Source: Acidimicrobiales bacterium
GTDB taxonomy: Bacteria > Actinomycetota > Acidimicrobiia > Acidimicrobiales > GCA-2861595
DNA: 64,000 bases
Assembly (NCBI GenBank): GCA_030448025.1
Contig: JAUJNQ010000001.1
Span: forward strand, 474,970 to 538,969
Direction of reading: 5' to 3'
Below, piece after piece: positions 27,419 through 36,003 of the stretch. The position numbers and the translations under genes were made by a program. Position 1 is the stretch's first letter, and the number at the start of each line of letters is the position of its first letter. The notes under the pieces were generated by a model. It saw only the letters and a list, made by a program, of their open reading frames with translations, was not told where the DNA came from and made no database searches.

Positions 27419-29190
27419 GGCACCGGCGCTCCGGCGGCGTCGGGTATCGGCGGCCCCGGCCTGGCCACCCTGCGCACCTCGACGCGGTCTGCGCCGCTCC
27501 CGAAGGCAGCGACGGTCCGGGAGTTGTCGAGGGCCTTGCGCACCTCGCCGAGGCCTGTGGGCAGGTCGGCCAGGCCGCCCTGGATCACCGGGGTGGCGAC
27601 CACGTAGTCGAAGTGGCGCCATCCGTCCGGGAGCCGTTCGGCCACGGACGGGTCGAGGTTGGCCGAGAAGTCGAGCTTGTGGAACCACACCACTCCGAGG
27701 TCCCTGCTGAAGCCGCGCTCCACCAGGTCCACCCACATCGTGTCGTCCACGAGCAGGCGGCTGTCGCGCGACACGTTGGCGTCGATCCAGCGGGTGGCCT
27801 GGGCAACCGGCGCACCGGTCGTGGCGGTCATGAGGCGTCGGTCACCTAGGGCCCATTGGGGGGCCACGAAGACACCGGCCAGGACCACGGTGACGAGCAC
27901 CGCGGCGCGACGGACGGTCAGGTCGACGAGGTGGCGGCGGAGCGGCGGCGGCTGCGCTGCGGGCGTCGACGGCAGGCTCAGCACCGCCCGGCGCCTGGCC
28001 TCGAGGGCCGGGTGCTCCCGAGGCGCCATTCGCCGAGGGGGGAGCCACAGGGCATTGCCCAGACCGGCTACCAAGAGGGCGGCGAAGGGCAGGAAACCGA
28101 TGACCAACGGCCCCGGCAGGTAGCCTTCGCGCATCACCATGAGGGCGGGGATCCCGAGGGCCAGAGCCATTGGGCGCAGACTTCGGAACCACAGGGATGG
28201 CACGAGCGCGACCAGGCCGGCCCCGAGCAGCCAGGGATCGAGGTCGAGCCACGTCGACACGATCCGGTGGGCCGGCTGGGTGGCATCCAGAACGCTCCCG
28301 CTGGACGGGCGGGTGAAGAGCTGGAACCGGATCGCCTCGAACAGGCTCACGTGGTCACCGCCCGGCAGCAACTCCCCCTTGAGGAGTGCGGCCAGGGGGT
28401 AGGCGACGGCGGTGAGCACCAGGCTGCTGGCGAAGGCGGTGAGGCAGAACCGCCGGGTCCGGCGGTCGCACCTGGACCAGAGCTGGGCCACTACGGCGGG
28501 GAGGAGCAACAGGGTGGTCTCCTTGGTCATCAGTGCCGCCGCGAAGCAGGCGCCCCCACCTGCGTAGGCCCACAGCTTCGAAGTGGGTGACGACACCAGG
28601 ACCAGGGCGGCCAGGACCCAGGGGATGGCCAGGTTGTCGAGCAGCACCATGCGGTGGTAGCTGAGCCCGAGGGGGGTGAGAGCGAAGAGCAGCACCGCGG
28701 CCGCGGCCGCCACCCGATGTAGGCCGATGCGGCGTCCGAGCAGGTAGAGAAGGGCGCAGCTGGCGAGCTGGACGAGGAGCATCAGCTCTCGGCCTTCGGC
28801 CACGGCCCCCACACCCCCGTCAAAGGCGCGGGTGACCCACGTCCAAGCGGCGATCGCCAGCCATCCCAGAGGAGGATGGTCGTACCAGTAGGTGTAGTGG
28901 GCTAGCTGGCCCGTTCGCTGCACGGCCCACGCCTGGGCCATGTACGTGCCCTCGTCGTCGGACGGTCCAGGCGACGTGGCCATCCCCCAGGCGTGGACCA
29001 CACCGACCACCACCAGCAACCCGGCGAGGAGCAGGAGGCTCGAGCGGTGGGACGACGCCCAGGCGCCCAGCCGGCTGCGCAGCGTCGGACCGGACGGCAA
29101 CGACGCCTCGATGGTCGCCAGGTTCGGGAGCTCGTGACGGGCACCGGGCGGTCGGGGCGCCAGGCGGGGCAGCTCGAGGTCGGTGATCAC
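27415..29190 (-). CDS. GT-C fold membrane glycosyltransferase (GT39/ArnT-like)
   Basis: GTG at 29190 overlaps the GT2 stop (GTGA). First-loop motif SDDEGTYMAQAWAV..YTYWYDHPPLGW. More than 8 predicted TM helices, then a soluble C-terminal domain. Confidence 0.7.
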   Translation of the reverse strand: MITDLELPRLAPRPPGARHELPNLATIEASLPSGPTLRSRLGAWASSHRSSLLLLAGLLVVVGVVHAWGMATSPGPSDDEGTYMAQAWAVQRTGQLAHYTYWYDHPPLGWLAIAAWTWVTRAFDGGVGAVAEGRELMLLVQLASCALLYLLGRRIGLHRVAAAAAVLLFALTPLGLSYHRMVLLDNLAIPWVLAALVLVSSPTSKLWAYAGGGACFAAALMTKETTLLLLPAVVAQLWSRCDRRTRRFCLTAFASSLVLTAVAYPLAALLKGELLPGGDHVSLFEAIRFQLFTRPSSGSVLDATQPAHRIVSTWLDLDPWLLGAGLVALVPSLWFRSLRPMALALGIPALMVMREGYLPGPLVIGFLPFAALLVAGLGNALWLPPRRMAPREHPALEARRRAVLSLPSTPAAQPPPLRRHLVDLTVRRAAVLVTVVLAGVFVAPQWALGDRRLMTATTGAPVAQATRWIDANVSRDSRLLVDDTMWVDLVERGFSRDLGVVWFHKLDFSANLDPSVAERLPDGWRHFDYVVATPVIQGGLADLPTGLGEVRKALDNSRTVAAFGSGADRVEVRRVARPGPPIPDAAGAPVP

Positions 29191-30479
29191 GCCGCGCCCT
29201 GGACAGATGCGGGGCGGGCGACCTCGGCGTCGATGACCGCCGAGTGGCGGTGGGCGCCCACGTGGGTGGTCTTCTCCCACCCGCGCGCGCCGGCGAGCTC
29301 CCGGACGAGTGCCCTCACGGCGGCGCCGGCCAGGATCACCTGGTAAGGGAACGTCCCGAGGATGAGGCGCACGTAGTCCCGCACCCGGGGCCGGCAGTAG
29401 TAGAGCCGGCAGAACTCGCGGAGCCCGGCCACCTCGAAGGACAGCGTGGCCAGCGTGGGGACGGCCGGAAGGAAGGAGAGGAGGGCCAGCGCCAGCGGAG
29501 CGTCGAAGGTGATCATCGACACCACCGAGGCCGGGATGGCAAGGCCCGTGAAGGCCTGGAGGAAGGGCATGGCCAGGGTGTAGCGGGCCAGCCAGCGCTG
29601 CCGGCGGCGGGGGAGGCGTCGCCACACACCCTTGCGCCAGACCTGGAAGAAGCCCTGGTTCCAACGGGTGCGCTGCTTGAACAGCGCTCCCACGCTGTCG
29701 GGCGTCTCCTCCCGAGTGGCCAGCTCGGGGTCGTAGGCGACCTCGACCACCGCGCCCAGGGCGCTCAGGCGGACGCCCAGCTCACAGTCCTCGGCCAGGC
29801 ACTCCGGGTCCCAGCCCCCGACCGCTCGGAGGATGTCGCTGAGGACGAACACGGTGTTCCCCCCGAGGGGGATGAAGCGGTGGATGGCGTGGAGGTGGAG
29901 CCGGCTGCGGAACCAGAAGAAGTACTCGAGGCAGTTCCGCAGCGAGTACCAGCTCGAGGAGAAGTTCATGAGCTGCACACCGCCCTGGACCACCTGGGCG
30001 CCGGAGCGACGGAAGGCCGCGTCGACCTGGCGGAGGAGCCGCGGATCCACCTCGTCCTCGGCGTCGAACACACCGACCACCTCCCCGCGGCAGTGAGGCA
30101 GAGCAGTGTTCAGGGCCTTGGGCTTGTTCTTGGGGACGTTGTGGTCCACCACCACCCGAAGCCGCCCGGGCCAAGACTCGGCGGTCTTCATGGCCACCTC
30201 GTGCGTACCAGGGTCGTCGTGGCCCACGACCACCAGCACCTCGTAGTCGGGGTGGTCGAGGCGCATTATTCGCTCCAGAGTGGCGGCCAGCACCGCCTCC
30301 TCGTGGCGGGCGGGGACGATCAGCGAGAACGAGAGGCGCGGCTCCTCACCCCGGACGGGGAAGCCGGTGGCCTCCAGGGTGGTGGGGGTCCGCCAGGCGT
30401 GGAGCATCCACCACAGGGTGGCGGCGGCGATGGCGGTCATCGCCAGGGACGCGACCAGGAAGCAGACCAGGAACAGCAC
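29187..30479 (-). CDS. Processive family-2 glycosyltransferase (cellulose-synthase-like / PNAG-synthase-like)
   Basis: SLIVPARHEE, VGVFDAEDEV (DxD), LAEDCELGVRL and QRTRWNQGFFQ (QxxRW), flanked by TM helices. Confidence 0.8.
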   Translation of the reverse strand: MLFLVCFLVASLAMTAIAAATLWWMLHAWRTPTTLEATGFPVRGEEPRLSFSLIVPARHEEAVLAATLERIMRLDHPDYEVLVVVGHDDPGTHEVAMKTAESWPGRLRVVVDHNVPKNKPKALNTALPHCRGEVVGVFDAEDEVDPRLLRQVDAAFRRSGAQVVQGGVQLMNFSSSWYSLRNCLEYFFWFRSRLHLHAIHRFIPLGGNTVFVLSDILRAVGGWDPECLAEDCELGVRLSALGAVVEVAYDPELATREETPDSVGALFKQRTRWNQGFFQVWRKGVWRRLPRRRQRWLARYTLAMPFLQAFTGLAIPASVVSMITFDAPLALALLSFLPAVPTLATLSFEVAGLREFCRLYYCRPRVRDYVRLILGTFPYQVILAGAAVRALVRELAGARGWEKTTHVGAHRHSAVIDAEVARPASVQGAA

Positions 30480-30638
30480 GGGTCAGCCCGAACCCAATGG
30501 GCATGACAGCTGCTGATCCTCGAGAACTGATGTCACGACGCCCCCCGCGCTTCCCCAAGCGTTTCCGGTCGCTGGCTTGTCGCCGCTCGACCCGTGCTGT
30601 CACGCTTCGGCGGGGATCTTCTTCCGTTTGCCTCGGCG

Positions 30639-31259
30639 TCACCTCGATGTCGACGAGGTGGTCCCCCTCGTCGTAGCGGTCCGGGCCGTCGTAGACGTCG
30701 TCGTGGACGACCGGTTCGTGGAAGGGCTCGTGGTGGGTGGCCTGGATGGCACCGGGCCGCGGGGAGCCGGTGCCCCCGGAGGTGGACCCTCGGGCGCCGG
30801 TTGCGAGCCGCGGAGGGCACCCGCTCGTTGCAGGAGCGGGTCGGATCGGCGACCGATCCTCTGCCGGTCGCCCTCGCCCAGGGCCTCGAGGCGCTGGCGC
30901 AGTCGAGCCGAGGCTCTGGCCGCCCGCTCCTCGTCACCGTCGTCCAAGGCCCGTTGAAGCTCGTTCACCGCCGACTTGGCGTCGGCCACCTTCACGCTGT
31001 CGACGGGTAGCCCGAGGGCATGGGCCGCGGCTCGGACGGGCCGTGGCATCGGCGCCCCACTGACGATCACGGTGAGGACGGCCGCCGCGGCGACCCCGGC
31101 GAGAGCTCGGCGGGGCCAGACCCGCCGGACCGCAGGCGTGGTGGCGTCCTCGGCCACCGCCCGGTGCAGCGCAGCGATCTCGGCCTCGCTCGGTTCGACC
31201 TCTTCCGGGCGGAGGGCGTGCTCCAGCCGTCTGAGGAGGTCCTCGTCCTCAGACGCCAC
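30639..31259 (-). CDS. Putative anti-sigma factor (single TM, Pro/Thr-rich tail)
   Basis: Overlaps the ECF sigma stop by 11 nt. Short cytoplasmic N-terminus, TM ALAGVAAAAVLTVIVSG, extracytoplasmic helical region. Confidence 0.55.
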   Translation of the reverse strand: MASEDEDLLRRLEHALRPEEVEPSEAEIAALHRAVAEDATTPAVRRVWPRRALAGVAAAAVLTVIVSGAPMPRPVRAAAHALGLPVDSVKVADAKSAVNELQRALDDGDEERAARASARLRQRLEALGEGDRQRIGRRSDPLLQRAGALRGSQPAPEGPPPGAPAPRGPVPSRPPTTSPSTNRSSTTTSTTARTATTRGTTSSTSR

Positions 31260-31839
31260 CGGCGGTCTCCTCCTCCAACAGCGAGCGCAGCCGCCCCAGG
31301 GCGCGGGACTGGGCCATCCGTACGGCCCCGGCCCGGCGACCCAGCACCCTTGCCGCGTCCTCGGCCGGCAGGCCGGCGATCACCCGCAGGTCGAGCACCT
31401 CCTGGTCGTCGGGCCCAAGCCGGCCGTATGCGGCCCGGAGCGCGCCGGCCTCCTCCTGGTGGAGCATCCGGTCGAGGGGCAGGGGTGCGTGGTCCACGGT
31501 TTCCGGAACGGGATCGGAGCTCTCCTTGCGCTTGCCCCCCTGGGCGTCGAGGACGACGTGGCGGAGGATCCCATAGAGCCAGGCATCGAAGCCGGCGCCC
31601 TCCGAGCGGAACCGGTGGATCCCCTTGACGGCGCGAACCATGGCCTCGCTCACGGCGTCCTGCGCTTCTTCGCCCCCGGGCAGACGTCTTCTGGCGTACG
31701 CCAGCAATCGGGGGTAAGAGCGGCGGTACAGGGCCTCCCAGGCGCTGGCGTCGCCGTCCCGGGCACGCCGCACGAGGTCAGGCACCTCCGTCGGGTGCAC
31801 CTCATCGTCCATCTGTCGTCGTCGTTCCTCGGATGTCAC
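31249..31839 (-). CDS. ECF-type RNA polymerase sigma-70 family factor
   Basis: DLVRRARDGDASAWEALYRRSYPRLLAYARRRL (region 2) and EVLDLRVIAGLPAEDAARVLGRRAGAVRMAQSRALGRL (region 4). The start may be 31812. Confidence 0.85.
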   Translation of the reverse strand: MTSEERRRQMDDEVHPTEVPDLVRRARDGDASAWEALYRRSYPRLLAYARRRLPGGEEAQDAVSEAMVRAVKGIHRFRSEGAGFDAWLYGILRHVVLDAQGGKRKESSDPVPETVDHAPLPLDRMLHQEEAGALRAAYGRLGPDDQEVLDLRVIAGLPAEDAARVLGRRAGAVRMAQSRALGRLRSLLEEETAGGV

Positions 31840-32147
31840 GGACCTGACGCCGGCCGACGATGAAGACGTGGCAGGAGAGGTTCCCGGCGGCTCCCATACA
31901 GTCCTGCCCCCAAAGGCCCCCCGGGGAAACGTGGGCCACGACGAATCGAGTGAGGGAGTGCTGTGCTCGGCTCGCCGCCCCGCGGCGGCCTCGGCCGCGA
32001 CGACGGGCGATTCGAGCGGGCGTCACCCATCGTCGGGCATCTCGGCTATGGTGGTCCAGGCCCGAGCGCAAGAAACGCCACTCTGGTCCGGACGCTTGCC
32101 GCCGCTTTCCTGAGTCGGATGGGTGCCCCAGCGAGAGAAGGCGCCCT

Positions 32148-32846
32148 GTGTCAGAGTTCCACGAGTTCAGCCACCGCATTGGCGCGCTGTCTCAGACCCT
32201 CCTGAGCGACGAGACCATCGATGGGTTCTTGGCTCGAGCGGCCCGCCTCAGCGTGGCGCTCATCCCCGCCTGTGACGCCTGCAGCGTGTCGGTGGCCGGC
32301 GACGGCAAGGTGCGCACCAGGGCGTCCAGCGACGCATTGGCGGAGCGAGTGGACCACCACCAGTACGAGCAGGACCAAGGCCCGTGCCTGGAGGCCATCC
32401 ACACCGGCTCCACGGTGCGCAGCGTTGCCTACGCCGAGGAGCGCCGCTGGCCCAAGTTCGTGCCTCTGGCCATCCCCGAGGGAGTGGTGGGGTCCTACTC
32501 GCTCCCCCTGGAGGCGGGGGAGCGCACCGTTGGTGCTCTCAACCTCTACAGCCTGAAGGAAACCTTCGGCGACGATGACCAGGAGCTCTCGGACGCCTTC
32601 GCCGACCAGGCCGCCGTGGCGGTGGCCAACGCCGGTGCCTACCACCAGGCCCTCGAGCTCAGCCGTCACCTGGAAGAGGCGCTCAAGTCCAGGGACGTGA
32701 TCGGCCAAGCCAAGGGCATCATCATGGAGCGCGAACGCGTCACCGCCGACCAGGCCTTCGACATGCTCCGCAAGGTGTCCCAGGCGAGGAACGTGAAGCT
32801 GCGCGAGGTCGCCGACCTCGTCGTGCTGACGGGCACCTGGCAGTAG
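32148..32846 (+). CDS. GAF-ANTAR RNA-binding antiterminator-type regulator
   Basis: GTG at 32148 after GAGAGAAGG. GAF core (..QDQGPCLEAIHTG..VGALNLYS) plus ANTAR (LKSRDVIGQAKGIIMERERVTADQAFDMLRKVSQARNVKLREVA). Confidence 0.85.
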   Translation: MSEFHEFSHRIGALSQTLLSDETIDGFLARAARLSVALIPACDACSVSVAGDGKVRTRASSDALAERVDHHQYEQDQGPCLEAIHTGSTVRSVAYAEERRWPKFVPLAIPEGVVGSYSLPLEAGERTVGALNLYSLKETFGDDDQELSDAFADQAAVAVANAGAYHQALELSRHLEEALKSRDVIGQAKGIIMERERVTADQAFDMLRKVSQARNVKLREVADLVVLTGTWQ

Positions 32847-32855
32847 CTCACACTG

Positions 32856-33545
32856 GTGTCCGACGCCGGAGCCGCCTCACCGACCTACTTGCTTTCTCAA
32901 CTGAGGCTCGCTGAGCAGGCCTTGCCCGAGGTGCTGGCCCGCGTCGTGGACATCGTCCGCAACGCGACCGACGGGTGTGACGAGGCCGGCCTGGCTCTGG
33001 GCGATCCCGCCGTGGCCCCTGCCAGCACCGGGGCCATGGCCGCCGCCCTCGACCTGGGCCAGCGAGAGATTGACGAGGGCCCGTGCGCGGCCTCCCTCCG
33101 GTCGGGCACGGTCGAGGAGTTCGAAGCGACCACTCATGACCCTCGCTGGCCGCGCTTCACCACGCTCGCCCGCCAGAACGACCTGAGCGCCTGCCTGGCC
33201 GTGCCGCTGGTGACAGGACCCCATACCATCGGGGTCCTCAACCTGTACACCCGGATGGCCGGTGGCTTCGGTCGTCTCGGCCGCCAGGCGGCCACCATCG
33301 TCGCCGAGCAGGCTGCCATCCTCGTGGCCAACGCTCAGGCTTACGCCGCGGTCCTCAGCAGGACCGATCAGCTGCGACGGCTCCTCACCGGACCCGAGGA
33401 CCTGGTGGCCCAGGCCACCGGTGTGCTCATGGCGCGCCACGAGCTGGGGCTGCAGACGGCGAGGACCCGCCTCGAGGACCAGACCCGCCACGGGAGCCGG
33501 AGCCTCGAGGACACTGCCCGGAGGATCGTCGACTCGATCGGTTGA
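32856..33545 (+). CDS. GAF-ANTAR regulator, tandem paralogue
   Basis: EGPCAASLRSG..IGVLNLYT (GAF) and LVAQATGVLMARHELGLQTARTRLEDQTRHGSRSLEDTARRIV (divergent ANTAR). Confidence 0.75.
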   Translation: MSDAGAASPTYLLSQLRLAEQALPEVLARVVDIVRNATDGCDEAGLALGDPAVAPASTGAMAAALDLGQREIDEGPCAASLRSGTVEEFEATTHDPRWPRFTTLARQNDLSACLAVPLVTGPHTIGVLNLYTRMAGGFGRLGRQAATIVAEQAAILVANAQAYAAVLSRTDQLRRLLTGPEDLVAQATGVLMARHELGLQTARTRLEDQTRHGSRSLEDTARRIVDSIG

Positions 33546-33586
33546 CCCGGCGTCGCGACATGACCCGTCTGATGCAACGCTCATCC

Positions 33587-34261
33587 TCACTCTTCGTCCG
33601 AAGGATCTCTCCGTTCAGCCTCCAGACGGGTGAGCTCCTCGCGGTCGGAGGCGCCGGTCCTCTGGTGCCGGCGGACCAGCACGGCGACGGTGACCACGAC
33701 GGACAGGATCGTGAGCGGCACGACGTACTCACCCGTGAAGTCGAGGACGTAGGTGAGCGGCCCCGACACCTCTTCGCCGGCTGAGCGGAGCAGGACGACG
33801 GTGGCCAGCGTTCCGGCGATGTTGAGGAACAGGAACAGCCACGCCGCCATGCCCGATGCTCCGGCCAGCGCACACACCACACCACCCGGGAAGAAGAACA
33901 CCAGAACGGCGCCCCAGAAACGGAAATTGCGCTGGGCGGCCCGGAGGAGGCGGCCGGCCCCGAGCTTGCGACTCATCCACTCGACGGCGCCGTTGCCGTA
34001 GCGGCGCCCGAGCAGGTACAGGAACGGGTCCTCGATCAGGCGTCGGCCGAGGGCCACGGCGACGTAGGGAAGGACGTCCACCGATGTCGAGGTGACGACC
34101 AGGTGCCGGGTCGTGGCGTTGAGGACGAGCAGCAGGAGCGGGTGCTCGTTCACCAGCACGGGGAAGAGGGCGTTGCCCAGGCCTGCCGCGCCGAAGATCA
34201 CCACCAGCGGGACGATCAGCAGCAGGGGCGGGCGGCGTCCGGGCCGCCCGTCGTGGCTCAC
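33587..34261 (-). CDS. DedA/VTT-domain family membrane protein
   Basis: Multi-TM protein with EDPFLYLLGRRYG. Acidic C-terminal tail. Confidence 0.55.
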   Translation of the reverse strand: MSHDGRPGRRPPLLLIVPLVVIFGAAGLGNALFPVLVNEHPLLLLVLNATTRHLVVTSTSVDVLPYVAVALGRRLIEDPFLYLLGRRYGNGAVEWMSRKLGAGRLLRAAQRNFRFWGAVLVFFFPGGVVCALAGASGMAAWLFLFLNIAGTLATVVLLRSAGEEVSGPLTYVLDFTGEYVVPLTILSVVVTVAVLVRRHQRTGASDREELTRLEAERRDPSDEE

Positions 34262-34315
34262 CCTGTCGAGGTCTGCCGCCGGCGGGATGTTCTCCGGCTC
34301 GCTCGAGTGCTCCAG

Positions 34316-35269
34316 TCAGCTCCCGCTCTGGGCCTGGATGAGGTGGTACAGGAGGATGAGCTGGGTCAGCGCCAGAGGCTCGTCCCGCTTCCCGTTGATC
34401 ATGCCCAGCGACTCGGGCAGCGGCTCGTCCACGCCGAGCTCGGCCCAGATGGCCTCCTCCACCTGGCGGGTCATGTCCCGTGAGGCGTAGGAGTGGATGT
34501 GGAGGGCGTCCACCGGCTTGCCGTCGTCGTCCCGGGTGAGCTTCAAGTGCATGGCCTCGTGCACGTCCTCGGTGACGATGCCGGTGAGGTCGGGGTGCGA
34601 GATGGTGGGACGCAGGAGGAGGGTTGCCGAGAGCGGGTCCTCGGGTGTCTCGTTGCGCTCCTCGATGGGAGCGAAGCGCACGACGATGTCGGCGTCGGCC
34701 CGCTGGGGGTGGATGAACTTCTTGGACTCCGGCTCCCTCTTCTTGAGGTCGGCCGCCACCTCGTCCTTCGAGTAGCCCCGCTTGGATGTGTCGCGCGAGT
34801 ACTTCCACTGGTAGCGGATCTCCTCGGGAGGGTCGAGGAAGACCGAGACGTCGAAGCACGAGCGGAGCATCTTGTTGTAGAGGGGGAGCAGGCCGTCGAT
34901 GATCACGAAGTCCCGGGGCTCCACCAGCTCCGGCCGGCCCAGCGAGCCGTCGGTGTGGGAGTAGACGGGCTTCAGGATGGGCTCGCCGAGGGACAGCAGC
35001 TTGAGATGCTGCGCCATGATGTCCATGTAGTTGCACTGCGGGTTGAGCGGGGTGAAGGGCAGGGCCTTGCGCTCCTGGCGGTCGTAGCGGTGGTAGTCGT
35101 CCACGCACGCCGCGGTGATGCGCTCGGGGCCCAGTGCGGCCACCAGGCCTTCGGAGATGGTGGTCTTGCCCGTGGCCGAGTCACCGCACAGGGCCAGCAT
35201 GATGGGGCGCCTGGGCGATTCGCCGTTGGAACGAACCGTCTGCTCGACGTTCAGCTGCTGTTCAGGCAT
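34316..35269 (-). CDS. prk: Phosphoribulokinase (PRK/uridine-kinase family)
   Basis: P-loop LALCGDSATGKTT. KPVYSHTDGSLGRPELVEPRDFVIIDGLLP and EEIRYQWKYSRDTSKRGYSKDEV. Confidence 0.8.
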   Translation of the reverse strand: MPEQQLNVEQTVRSNGESPRRPIMLALCGDSATGKTTISEGLVAALGPERITAACVDDYHRYDRQERKALPFTPLNPQCNYMDIMAQHLKLLSLGEPILKPVYSHTDGSLGRPELVEPRDFVIIDGLLPLYNKMLRSCFDVSVFLDPPEEIRYQWKYSRDTSKRGYSKDEVAADLKKREPESKKFIHPQRADADIVVRFAPIEERNETPEDPLSATLLLRPTISHPDLTGIVTEDVHEAMHLKLTRDDDGKPVDALHIHSYASRDMTRQVEEAIWAELGVDEPLPESLGMINGKRDEPLALTQLILLYHLIQAQSGS

Positions 35270-35304
35270 GGTTCCTCGCTGTGGTCAGGGTACGGGCCGC
35301 TGGG

Positions 35305-35997
35305 TCAGGCGCCGTCGCCGGCCAGGGCCTGCTCGCCGGCGGAGCGGATGGCATCCACCGCTGCTTCGAGGCCGCCTTCGTGCTTGTAGAGGGCGCTTCC
35401 CGCTACCAGAACGCGAGCCCCGGCTGCCACCACTGCGGCAGCGTTCTTGGGACCGACACCCCCGTCGACCTCCAAGTGGATGTCTCGGCCGGAGCGCTCG
35501 ATCATGTCCCGGACCTCGGTGACCTTGGGCTCCATTGAGGACAGGTAGTCCTGGCCGCCGAAGCCGGGGTTCACGGTCATGACCAGAACCATGTCCACCA
35601 GGTCGAGGACGTGGGCGACGGCTGACGCCGGGGTTGCCGGATTGAGGGCCACCGCCGCCTTGCCTCCCGCCTTGTTGACCAGCTCGAGGCTGCGGTGAAG
35701 GTGAATGGGGGCCTCGGCGTGGACGATCACCCACTCGCACCCGGCGTCGACGTACTGGGACAACATGGCATCGGGGTCGCTGACCATGAGGTGGGCCTCG
35801 AAGGGCACCGAGCAGTGCTTGCGGCAGGCTGCGATCACATCGGGGCCGAAGGTGAGGTTGGGAACGAAGTGGCCGTCCATCACGTCCCACTGGATGCGGT
35901 CCACGCCTGCCTGCTCGAGGGCCTTGACCTCTTCACCAAGGCAGGAATAGTCGGCGGGCAGCACCGACGGCACCACCTGAACCGACTGGTCAGCCAT
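35305..35997 (-). CDS. rpe: Ribulose-phosphate 3-epimerase
   Basis: PSVLPADYSCLGEEV, IQWDVMDGHFVPNLTFGP, MTVNPGFGGQ and LEVDGGV. Confidence 0.9.
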   Translation of the reverse strand: MADQSVQVVPSVLPADYSCLGEEVKALEQAGVDRIQWDVMDGHFVPNLTFGPDVIAACRKHCSVPFEAHLMVSDPDAMLSQYVDAGCEWVIVHAEAPIHLHRSLELVNKAGGKAAVALNPATPASAVAHVLDLVDMVLVMTVNPGFGGQDYLSSMEPKVTEVRDMIERSGRDIHLEVDGGVGPKNAAAVVAAGARVLVAGSALYKHEGGLEAAVDAIRSAGEQALAGDGA

Positions 35998-36003
35998 GGT
36001 GGG

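Noticed and set aside
33729-35108. 459-aa minus-strand ORF spanning the DedA and PRK genes
   Set aside because: It is out of frame with both well-supported genes and is Arg/Pro/Gly-rich.
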